Below, piece by piece: positions 54,413-63,450 of a DNA stretch of 64,000 bases (the stretch's first letter is position 1; every line of letters starts with the position of its first letter). Position numbers and translations under genes: made by a program. Origin of the DNA: an uncultured Candidatus Rokubacteria bacterium (GTDB lineage: Bacteria > Methylomirabilota > Methylomirabilia > Rokubacteriales > CSP1-6); NCBI GenBank assembly GCA_963762145.1, contig CAVXJS010000009.1:192001-256000 (forward strand). Reading direction: 5' to 3'. Below the pieces are notes generated by a model. That model saw only the letters and a list, made by a program, of their open reading frames with translations, ran no database searches and was not told where the DNA came from.

Positions 54413-55515
54413 TCATCCCGCGACCAACTGGTGGTAGGCGCCTTCCGCGACGTGATCCCAGGGCCCACCAGCGCCTGGAACTTCGTGAAGGACGCGTGCA
54501 CCTTCCGCGCCATGGGGGTCTTCTCGGATTCGTCCTTGACGACCTCGGCCCCCAGCTTCTTGAGATCGCGTAGTACCGGCACCGGGAGCTGGCAGGACCT
54601 CGACCTTGCCCTTGAATTCCGTCCTGAGCCGCTCGAGCGCGATTGCGTTCTTCGGCGTGAAAGTCCGCGAGGCCATAGGTCCGGGTCGCCGCCGCGGCAT
54701 GGTCGAGCGTCCGCTTCATGTCGACTGGAAGCGCCTCGTACGCCTTCTTGTTGAACCCGAACTCGTGCACGGTGCCGGGCTCGTGCCAGCCCGGGTAGTA
54801 GTAGTAACGAGCGGTATTGTGCAGGCCCAGCTTCACGTCGTCATGCGGCCCGACCCATTCGCTGGCGTCAATCACGCCCCGCTCGAGTGCGGAATAGATC
54901 TCGGCCCCCGGAATGAGGACCGCCGTACCGCCCGCCTTGGCGATAACCTTGCCGCCAAGGCGCGGACCCATGCGCATCTTGAGACCCTTGAAGTCGCCGA
55001 TCGTGCTGATCCTCTTCCTGAACCATCCGGCCATCTGCGGAGCGTCGGCTAGACCTGGGCGCGGCACGAGGTTGAAGGCGGCATACACCTCCTCACAGAG
55101 CTTGAGTCCGTCGCCCTGGTAGTACCAGGAGGCCATGCCCTCGGGGTTCATGCCGAACGGGACCGACGCGAACCACTCAAACGCGGACTCCTTCGCGGCC
55201 CAGTAGTACGGGGTGGCCATGTACGCTTCGATGGTGCCCTGCGCCGCGGCGTCGAAACAGCCGAGCGGCGGCATGATCTGGCCGCCCGGGAACACCTCGA
55301 TCCGGAAGCGTCCCCCGCTCATCTCCTCCACGACCTTCGCCAAACGCTGGGCAGCGCCCTGGAGCACGTCGAGCGCCGGCGTCCAAGCGGTCGACATCCG
55401 CCACTGGATCTTCGGCTGCGCGATGACGTTGGGAGCATCGACGATGGCGGCGGCCGCGGCGGCCGCCATGCACCCCGCCGGCCGTCGCGATGAACCTGCG
55501 TCGTTCGGTCATCAC
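54413..55515 (-). CDS. dctP: TRAP substrate-binding protein, TakP-like, copy 2, with indels
   Basis: ERRRFI Tat-like signal; same motifs as copies 1 and 3. Confidence 0.85.
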
Positions 55516-55524
55516 GCCACCTCC

Positions 55525-56622
55525 TCACACCGCCACGAACTGATGGTAGGCGCCTTCGGCGAGGCGGTCCCAGGGCCCAACAGGGCCTGGAACTTCGTGA
55601 ACGAAGCGTGCACCTTCCGGGCCATGGGGGTCTTCTCGGATTCTTCCTTGACGACCTCGGCCGCCAGCTTCTTGAGCTCGCGCAGCACCGGCACCGGGAA
55701 CTGGACGACCTCGACCTTGCCCTTGAACTCCGTCTTGAGTCGCTCCAGCGCGATGCGCGTTCTTCACGTGGAAGTCCGTGAGGCCGTAGATCTGAACGGC
55801 CTCGGCGGCGTGGTCGAGCGTCCGGCGCAGATCGACCGGCAGCGCGTCGTACGCCTTCTTGTTGAAGCCGAACTCGGTCATGGTGCCGGGCTCGTGCCAG
55901 CCCGGGTAGTAGTAGTAGCGCGCGGTCTTGTGGAGACCCAGCTTCATGTCGTCGTGCGGCCCGACCCACTCGCCGGCGTCGATCACGCCCCGCTCGAGGG
56001 CGGCGTAGATCTCGGCGGCCGGGATGAGGACCACCGTGGCGCCCGCCTTGGCGAAGACCTTGCCGCCGAGGCCCGCAATGCGCATCTTGAGGCCCTTGTA
56101 GTCGCCGATCGTGTTGATCTTCTTCCGGAACCATCCGGCCATCTGCGGGGCGATCGCCGGACCCGGGCGCGGAATGAGGTTGAAGGCGGCGTACGTTTCC
56201 TCCCAGAGCCGGAGCCCATCGCCCTGATAGTACCAGGCGGTCATGCCCGCGGGGTCCATGCCGAACGGGACGGTCGCGAACCACTCGACGCCGGCTCCTT
56301 CTCGGTCCAGTAGTACGGCGCGCCCATGAAGGCCTCGATGGTGCCCTTGCGAAGCCGCGTCGAAGCACTCGAACGGCGGCATGATCTGGCCGCCCGCGAA
56401 GACCTCGATCCGGAATCGCCCGCCGCTCATATCCTCGACGACCTTGGCCAGGCGTTGGGCCGCGCCCTGGAGCGACGTCGAGCGCGGGAGTCCAGGTCGT
56501 GGACATCCGCCACTGGACCTTCGGCTGGGCGATGACGTTCGGTGCGTCGACGATGGCGGCAGCCGCGACGGCTGCCACGGCCCCCCCGCCTTCACGATGA
56601 ACCTGCGGCGCTCGGTCGTCAC
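55525..56622 (-). CDS. dctP: TRAP substrate-binding protein, TakP-like, copy 1, with indels
   Basis: ERRRFI signal; GAGGAGG RBS; same motifs. Confidence 0.85.
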   Translation of the reverse strand: MTTERRRFIVKAGGPWQPSRLPPSSTHRTSSPSRRSSGGCPRPGLPRSTSLQGAAQRLAKVVEDMSGGRFRIEVFAGGQIMPPFECFDAASQGHHRGLHGRAVLLDREGAGVEWFATVPFGMDPAGMTAWYYQGDGLRLWEETYAAFNLIPRPGPAIAPQMAGWFRKKINTIGDYKGLKMRIAGLGGKVFAKAGATVVLIPAAEIYAALERGVIDAGEWVGPHDDMKLGLHKTARYYYYPGWHEPGTMTEFGFNKKAYDALPVDLRRTLDHAAEAVQIYGLTDFHVKNAHRAGATQDGVQGQGRGRPVPGAGAARAQEAGGRGRQGRIREDPHGPEGARFVHEVPGPVGPWDRLAEGAYHQFVAV

Positions 56623-56840
56623 GCTATCCTCCTCACTCGGGGGGTGCGAGGTGCGATGCGATCCCTTCGGGAGTAACAGCCTGATGTGCCGGAGTCGGGC
56701 AAGAGGCGACTGGCGCGACCGGGCGCCGAGCTCGATGCCTCACATGCGGGGAGCGGTCCGCTGATGCATCGCCTTCAGGGCACCTCGTCGGCGCGGTCGG
56801 AGTCGTGACCAGATCAGGGACGTCTCGGTGTGGCGCGGCG

Positions 56841-56870
56841 AGTATATGCGGGTATGGCCGGACGCGTCAA
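56841..56870 (-). promoter_or_regulatory. Sigma-70-type promoter of the dctP-kinase-cyclase operon
   Basis: TTGACG-N18-TATACT on the minus strand, about 220 nt upstream of dctP copy 1. Confidence 0.6.
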
Positions 56871-56871
56871 T

Positions 56872-59221
56872 CTACCGCAGCCGGAACACCCGCATCGGCG
56901 TGTCGACGTTCTTGAGCTCCCGCACGCCGAGGTCCTCGACGGGCAGGTCGTCGCCCAGCCGCGTCCGCGTCGCCTCGCTGATCACGATCTCCCCGTCGCC
57001 GGCCTGCGCGGCCAGGCGCGCCGCGATGTTGGTGGTCATGCCGGAGGCGGTGTAGGTCCAGCGCGTGCCCGCGCTGCCCTCGATCTTGGTCGCGCCGAGC
57101 AGCGCGGGGCCGGTGTTGACGCCCACGTGCATCGCCAGGGGCTCGAAGCGCGCGGCCAGCTCGGCGTCCGATCTCGGCGGCGCGCCGGTGGATGGCGCGC
57201 GCCGCGTCGACCGCCGCGCGCGCGTGCTCGCCCTCGTGGAAGATCACCATGAGCCCGTCGCCCGCGGTCTCGTTCACGTCGCCGCCGTGCTTGACGATCT
57301 CGTCGAGGAAGGCGCCGAAGTAGCGCTCGACCAGCGCCGGCCAGGTCGTCGGGCGGCAGCCGCGAGGACAGCCGCGTGTAGCCGCTGATGTCGGCGAAGA
57401 GCACGCTGACGTCGGTCTCCGCTTGTCGAGCGACGGCGCCTCCGGCGACTCCTCGATGAGCTGGCGCACGCGGCGCGGGACGAACTTGGCCAGGCTGCCG
57501 CGGATGAGCAGGCTGCGCTCGAGCTGCTGCGGCGTAGTCCAGCACCTGGCGGTGCGCCTCCGCGTTGGCCACCGCGACCGCGGCCTGGTCGGCCAGCGCC
57601 TCGAGCATCTCGAGATCCTCGCCGGTATAGGGCGCCTCGGAGCGCTTGCCGCCCAGCACCAGCAGCGCGCGCAGGCCCGCCTGGAAGCGGAGCGGCACCA
57701 CCACCTCGGCGGCCAGCGCCTGGTAGGCGGCCAGGGCGGCCCCGCGGTCGCTGCCGAAGCTCGGATCGGCGGCGAGCTGGTAGCGCGAGAGCGCGCCCGG
57801 CGCGACTTCCAGCGCGGCCAGGATGTCGTGGCGGGAACCCGTCCACGAGCAGGCGCGTGGATCGCACGTGCATGGCCGACTCGATGGTGGTGGTGAGGCG
57901 GCGCGTGATCTCGTCCAGATCGAGCAGGCTCGACATGGAGCGGGCCAGCGTGCGCATCGCCAGCGCGTAGTCGTGGCGCTCGCGGAAGAACGTGCGGTCC
58001 ACCGCCCGCCGCACCCGCTCGCGCAGCGGATTGAAGAGCGAGCACGACCACGAACATGAAGCCGGCCGAGAACCACGGCGAGCGCGTGAGGTCCGGTCTG
58101 GGCCAGCAGCGCGTTGGTCCCGGCCAGGAGCAGCGCGTAGGCGCCGGTGATGAGGCCGGCCAGCGCCGGTGTAGATCACCGAGCGGCGGATCACCACGGT
58201 GGCGTCGAAGAGGCGGTAGCGCACGGTGGCGTAGCCGATGGCCGCCGGGTAGAGCAGCATGAGGGCCGAGCCCACCTGCGGATCGAACGGGCTCTGGTAG
58301 AGCTGCTGCAGCGGCCAGAGCATGAAGCAGAGCCAGGCGCCGAGCCCCATCCCGATGCCCAGCAGCAGCACGGTGGTCTGCTGGTTGACGAGCGGCGAGG
58401 CGGCCCGCCGCCGCGTGTCGAGCAGCGCGCCGATCTTGATCGGGAAGGACAGCGTGCTGAGCAGCCGAGAGCACGGCCGCGGAGGCGCGGTAGACGCCGC
58501 CGTTCACCAGCGAGCGCGGGCGCGAAGCGCTAGATCAGGACGAAGAGAGCGCGCCAGCGCAGCGCCGAGCCCGACCGCCACGCGGTAGAGGCGCGGGATC
58601 ACGCGGTGGCGCTCGAGCCACGCGCTCGCGGTCGGCATTGGCCGGATACGTGAGGAAGAATACCCAGCCGTGGATGGACAGGAGCGGGGCCAGGAGCCCG
58701 ACCAGGGCCGCCGCGTACGGGCGCGCGCCCAGCACCGCCTCGGGTACCGCGACATTGGAGACGGCCCAGAGGCACATGTAGAGGAGGAAGCGGCGGTTGG
58801 GCGCCGCCGCCGGGTTCTGCACGAAGACCGCCGCGCCCACGATCAGCATGATGGCCGAGACCAGCGAAGTAGACCGCCGAAGTGGTCGACCAGCCGGCTC
58901 CAGGTCAAGGGCCGCGGCGCGAGCTCGACGGAGAGCCGGCGCCCGGCGCGCTCGACCTCGTAGCGGATGGGCCCGGCGGCGGCCCGCACGCCGCGCGGCC
59001 AGGGTGAGCGGCGAGTCGCCCTCCACCGCGACCAGCCGGTCGCCCGCGCGCAGGCCCGCCGCGCGCGCGGCGGACTCGACGGGGACCACGTAGTAGTCGG
59101 GCGTGACGAAGAAGCCCGGATAGGGACGGCCGGCCTCCAGGGCGAGGCCGCCCAGCAGGCCCAGCAACACCGCGAGGCTCACCAGGACGAGGAGCGTGGA
59201 TCGCAGATCCCACCGCGCCAT
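56872..59221 (-). CDS. Membrane class III nucleotide cyclase (PDZ-like, multi-TM, GAF-like, cyclase), frameshifted
   Basis: SAARAAGLRAGDRLVAV (PDZ-like); TM region; LEALADQAAVAVAN; VLFADISGYT, NETAGDG, NIAARL, LKN. Confidence 0.8.
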
Positions 59222-59245
59222 GCGAGTACTCTATACTGCGAATCC

Positions 59246-61345
59246 GTGACCGACCTCAGCGCTGTGTTCCGGCCTCGCGCCATCGCGGTCGTGGGCGCCT
59301 CCGATGATCCCGTCAAGATCGGCGGCCGGCCGCTGGCCTTCCTGCTGCGTCACGGCTATGCGGGGCGCGTGTTTCCGGTCAATCCGGCGCGCGCCACCGT
59401 GCAGGGCCTGCCCGCCTTCCCCTCGATCGGCGCGATCCCGGACGAGGTGGACCTGGCCATCGTGGTCGTACCCGCGGAGCGCGTGCTCGAGTCGCTCGAG
59501 GAGGCCGCGGCCAAGGGCGTGCGCGCGGCCATCGTGTTCAGCAGCGGCTTCGCGGAGGTCGGCGAGGCGGGGCGGGTCGCGCAGGCGCGGCTGCGCGAGC
59601 TGGCCGAGCGCACCGGCCTGCGCATCATCGGGCCCAACTGCCAGGGCTTCGCCCACCTGCCCTCACGGCTGGTCGCCACGTTCGCCTCGCCGTTTCTCGA
59701 GCCGGGCCTCGCCACCGGGCCCATCGCGATGGTGAGCCAGAGCGGCGCCATGGCCGGGATGATCTACGAGATGGCGCGCGCGGCCGGGCTCGGCCTCAAC
59801 TACTGGGTCAGCACCGGCAACGAGGCCGACGTGCAGGCGGCCGAGATCCTGGCCGAGGTGGTCGAGGATGACGAGACGCGCGTGGCCTGCTGCTACATGG
59901 AGGACGTCAAGGACGCGGGGCGCTTCCGCCGGGCGCTGGCGCGCGCCCACCGTCGCGGCGTGCCGGTCTTCGTGCTGAAGTCGGGCCGCAGCGCGGTGGG
60001 CCGCCGCGCGGCGTCCTCACACACCGGCGCGCTCGCGGGAGAGGACGCGGTGTACGACGCGGTCTTCGCCGACTGGGGCGCGATCCGCTGTGCCGATCCG
60101 GCCGAGCTGCTGGCCCTGCCGCAAGCGTTCCTGCGCTACCGGGAGGCCGGGCGCCGCGTGGCCATCCTCTCCAACTCGGGCGGCCTCGGCGTGCTCTCGG
60201 TCGACCTCTGCATGGATCTGGGGCTCGTGCCGGCGGAGTTCACGCCGGAGACGACCGCGGTGCTGCGCGGGGCGCTGCCCGACTTCGCCGCCGCGGCCAA
60301 CCCGGTGGACCTCACCGCGCAGATGCTGACCGACCCCGGCATGCTGATGCGCGTGCTCCCCGCGCTCGAGGCCGATCCCGGCGTGGACGCCATCGTGTTC
60401 CAGATCGCCCTGCTCGGCGCCGCGACCGACCTGGGCCGGCTGGTCGGCGACGTGGCCCGAGTCGCCGCATCTACCGAGAAGATCGTCGCGGTGAGCTGCC
60501 CCCAGCGGCCTGTAGTGGAGGCCTTCCGGGCGGGCGGCGTGCTCGCCTTCGACGACGCCAGCGTGGCCCTCCGCTCGCTCGCCTGCCTGGCCCAGGCCAC
60601 GGGGCGCCGCGCGCGCTGGCTCGATCGCGCGACCCTCGAGCTGCCGGCGGCGCCGGTGGCGCCGGCGGTGCCGCCCGGCCGCCCCGGCGAGCCGTTCCTC
60701 AACGAGTGGGAGAGCCAGCGGCTGCTCGCGCCCTTCGGCCTGCCCCTGGTGGACACCGTCTTCGTCACCGCGGCCAGCGCCGCGCCCGACGCGGCCGATC
60801 AGCTCGGCTACCCGGTGGTGGTGAAGGCCTGCGCGGCCGCCCTGCCCCACAAGTCGGACATGGGCGGCGTGGCCCTCGGGCTGTCGGACCGGGCCGCGGT
60901 CGCCGAGGCGTGCCGACGCATCGAGGCGAACGTGCGCGCCGCCGCGCCGGGCCTGGCCCTCGACGGCTTCCTGATCCAGCGCCAGGCGCGGGGCGCGCTC
61001 GAGCTGGCGCTCGGCGTGAAGGTGGATCCCGTCTTCGGCCCGGTGGTGCTGGTGGGGTCGGGCGGGGTCCTCATCGAGGTGCTGCGCGACTTCCGGCTGC
61101 TGCTGCCCCCCATCGATGCGACCGCCGCCGAGGAGGCGCTGCGTGGCCTGCGCGTCGGCCCCCTGTGGGACGGGGTGCGCGGCGGCGCTCCGCTCGATCT
61201 GCCGGCCGCCGTCGAGCTGCTGCAGCGGCTGGGCGACGCCGCCCGCAGCCTCGGCGCCGCGGTCAGCGAGATCGACCTGAACCCGGTGCTGGTGGGGCGA
61301 CGCGGCGAGGGCGTCACCATCCTCGACACCCTCGTCCGCCGCTAG
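59246..61345 (+). CDS. Acetate/acyl-CoA ligase (ADP-forming) family
   Basis: AVVGAS, GPNCQG, SQSG, STGNEAD, SHTGALAG, NPVD, HKSD.GGV, EIDLNP. Confidence 0.9.
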   Translation: MTDLSAVFRPRAIAVVGASDDPVKIGGRPLAFLLRHGYAGRVFPVNPARATVQGLPAFPSIGAIPDEVDLAIVVVPAERVLESLEEAAAKGVRAAIVFSSGFAEVGEAGRVAQARLRELAERTGLRIIGPNCQGFAHLPSRLVATFASPFLEPGLATGPIAMVSQSGAMAGMIYEMARAAGLGLNYWVSTGNEADVQAAEILAEVVEDDETRVACCYMEDVKDAGRFRRALARAHRRGVPVFVLKSGRSAVGRRAASSHTGALAGEDAVYDAVFADWGAIRCADPAELLALPQAFLRYREAGRRVAILSNSGGLGVLSVDLCMDLGLVPAEFTPETTAVLRGALPDFAAAANPVDLTAQMLTDPGMLMRVLPALEADPGVDAIVFQIALLGAATDLGRLVGDVARVAASTEKIVAVSCPQRPVVEAFRAGGVLAFDDASVALRSLACLAQATGRRARWLDRATLELPAAPVAPAVPPGRPGEPFLNEWESQRLLAPFGLPLVDTVFVTAASAAPDAADQLGYPVVVKACAAALPHKSDMGGVALGLSDRAAVAEACRRIEANVRAAAPGLALDGFLIQRQARGALELALGVKVDPVFGPVVLVGSGGVLIEVLRDFRLLLPPIDATAAEEALRGLRVGPLWDGVRGGAPLDLPAAVELLQRLGDAARSLGAAVSEIDLNPVLVGRRGEGVTILDTLVRR

Positions 61346-61410
61346 CAGGGCGCTGGAAAAGGCCCATCTGCTTCGTTGGCGCATCTGGGCCTTTTTGAGC
61401 GCCCTGCCAG
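61342..61410. repeat. Palindromic MITE-like element or bidirectional terminator
   Basis: CTAGCAGGGCGCTGGAAAAGGCCCA ... TGGGCCTTTTTGAGCGCCCTGCCAG between convergent stops. Confidence 0.65.
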
Positions 61411-61417
61411 GCTGAAG

Positions 61418-61834
61418 TCATGCGAGGACGGCGGCACCCGCGGCTGCGCATTCTTGATCCTGCTCGCCGGTGCCGCCGCCACAGCCGATGGCCCCGATCA
61501 CGCGGCCCTTCACCACGATCGGCACCGCGCCGTGGCTGGCCAGGAGCTGGCCCGGGACCGCGCTGCCCACCTGGGCCCAGAACGGTGAGCCCTTCTGGAC
61601 CCGGTCGGCCAGATCGGCGGTGGACATGCGGAAGTTCGCGGCGGCCATCGCCTTGGCCCGCGAGGTCTCGGGCGTGAAGAACCCGGTGCCGTCGCCTCGC
61701 GAGCACAGCACCAGCCGGCCCGCCTCGTCCACCACCGTGATCGTCATCGGCGTGCCCAGGGCCTTCGCCTTCTCCCGCGCCGCGTGCGACGCGCGCTCGG
61801 CCATCTCCAGCGTGAGCTCGATCATTGCCGCCAC
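61418..61834 (-). CDS. GlcG/HbpS heme-binding family protein
   Basis: ITVVDEAG, KAMAA, GAVPI..VIGAIGCGG..QD. Confidence 0.85.
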   Translation of the reverse strand: MAAMIELTLEMAERASHAAREKAKALGTPMTITVVDEAGRLVLCSRGDGTGFFTPETSRAKAMAAANFRMSTADLADRVQKGSPFWAQVGSAVPGQLLASHGAVPIVVKGRVIGAIGCGGGTGEQDQECAAAGAAVLA

Positions 61835-62048
61835 CTTTCTCGATGCACTTTTTGGGGATCCTGCGAACGCGCCCGCATTGAAGCCCGGCCGCCCCGCGCT
61901 GTCAACGGCCCGGCAGTGACAAATCCGGGGAGGGCACTACCCACTCCTGCCGGGACAGACTATAGGTGGGGGCCCCGTCGGGGCCGTGTCGCAGGGAAAG
62001 TGCTTGAAACAATGACGCTCGGTATCCTATGCTCGCGGAGGCGCGCCG

Positions 62049-62064
62049 TGGCACTGGCCTTGCT
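62049..62064 (+). promoter_or_regulatory. Sigma-54 (-24/-12) promoter
   Basis: TGGCAC-TGGCC-TTGCT with GG-N10-GC spacing, 40 nt upstream of mlaA. Confidence 0.7.
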
Positions 62065-62103
62065 CCCTTGGTGCCGGGTGCACCGGCCCCAGCCAGGGAG
62101 CCC

Positions 62104-63147
62104 ATGAGCAACACCAGCCAGCACTCGAGGGGGATGCGGAACGTGCGCTTCGGAATGCGACAGATGGCGCTGCTGTTGGCGGTATCGGCCCTTGCCATGG
62201 GCGGGTGTGGCACGCTGTCTGGCGGCCGGCATAGCGAGTCCATGCTGGCCGCGACCGCGACGGCGTCCACTACCGATCCGGACAATCCGATCGCGGCGGC
62301 GCTCGCCCCCGAGCAGCAGCCGACCGGCGCGATGGTCGAGCCCCGCGCGGGCGAGCAGGCGATGGCCGCAACGGTGGCATTCCGGCCGGCCTCCTTCGAG
62401 CTGATCCAGCCCGGGGCGCAGCCCTCCTACATGGTCGCCTCCGTCGGACGGCTCGTGGTCGCCCAGGGTCCCGCGCTGATGGCCCAGGCGCGCGCGGCCG
62501 ATCCGGTCGTGCCCGCCGACGGCGTCCTCGAGGAGTACGACCCGTGGGAGTCGTTCAACGAGAAGATGTTCACGTTCAACTACAACATGGACCGCTACGT
62601 GCTCAAGCCGGTGGCGAAGGGCTACAACTTCGTGATGCCGGATCGCCTGCAGCAGATGATCGACAGCGGCTTCGACAACCTGCTGGTCGTGCCGCGCGTC
62701 GTCAATAACCTGCTCCAGGGGCGCCCGCTGGGCGCGACGGCCGAGCTGGGCCGCTTCCTGATCAACAGCACCCTGGGCATCGGCGGGCTCTTCGACATCG
62801 CCAAGCAGGAGTTCAACCTGCAGAAGACCCGCGCCGACTTCGGCCAGACCCTTGGCATCTGGGGCCTGGGGCCCGGCCCCTTCCTGGTCCTGCCGTTCAT
62901 GCCGCCGCTCACCGTGCGTGACGGGATCGGCACCGCGGTGGACGGGGCCATGGATCCTCTGAGCTACGTGCTGCCGTTCATCTGGACGCGGCTGGGCATG
63001 AAGGTCGGCAACATGATCAACGACCGGTCGCTCAACCTGGATCTCTACCAGGGCTTCGAGGAGACCACCGTCGATCTCTACAGCGCGGTGCGGAACGGCT
63101 ACCTGCAGCGCCGCGAGAACATGATCAAGAGCCCATCACCGTATTGA
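62104..63147 (+). CDS. mlaA: MlaA/VacJ lipoprotein with a long N-terminal linker
   Basis: Lipobox-like MGGC; DPWESFNE..FNY; RFLINSTLGIGG; DFGQTL..GPFLVLP; YLQRR; start could be 62104 or 62134. Confidence 0.9.
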   Translation: MSNTSQHSRGMRNVRFGMRQMALLLAVSALAMGGCGTLSGGRHSESMLAATATASTTDPDNPIAAALAPEQQPTGAMVEPRAGEQAMAATVAFRPASFELIQPGAQPSYMVASVGRLVVAQGPALMAQARAADPVVPADGVLEEYDPWESFNEKMFTFNYNMDRYVLKPVAKGYNFVMPDRLQQMIDSGFDNLLVVPRVVNNLLQGRPLGATAELGRFLINSTLGIGGLFDIAKQEFNLQKTRADFGQTLGIWGLGPGPFLVLPFMPPLTVRDGIGTAVDGAMDPLSYVLPFIWTRLGMKVGNMINDRSLNLDLYQGFEETTVDLYSAVRNGYLQRRENMIKSPSPY

Positions 63148-63250
63148 AGTAACCGGGCGCTAGTCGCTCCGGCACTCGCTCCCGCCGCACCATCCCCGCA
63201 GTCCCCCCGCCCCTGACGCGATGCAGTGCAACTCGTGCAGTGTTTTTTTG

Positions 63251-63316
63251 TTGACAGGGTTCGACGGTGCGCAATATGTTGGGGTCCGCCTAACCGAGAT
63301 ACACCACCTATATGCA
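63251..63316 (+). promoter_or_regulatory. nrdJ promoter with NrdR box(es)
   Basis: TTGACA at 63251 and TATGTT at 63275; NrdR-like GCGCAATATGTTGGGG (63269-63284); weaker ACACCACCTATATGCA 32 nt downstream. Confidence 0.7.
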
Positions 63317-63450
63317 TACGAGTTCACAGCGAGCAGTTCAAAGTCCTGACGCCCTCGCGGCGCCCCAACCCGCTTTTCCCGTCTGAAGTAGGCCGTGTCA
63401 ATGGATCGAGCAAGGCCGTGCTTTGGCCCGCGTTCCTCTAGGAGGATTTC

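Noticed and set aside
56800-56830. TPP riboswitch suggested by CCTGATCTGG
   Set aside because: The CUGAGA motif and the downstream AAUGCCAGCG.AGGGA-type core are absent.
42900-59100. Decayed signalling and transport island
   Set aside because: The same indel pattern affects unrelated adjacent genes and catalytic residues are intact. Treated as sequencing error until reads are checked.
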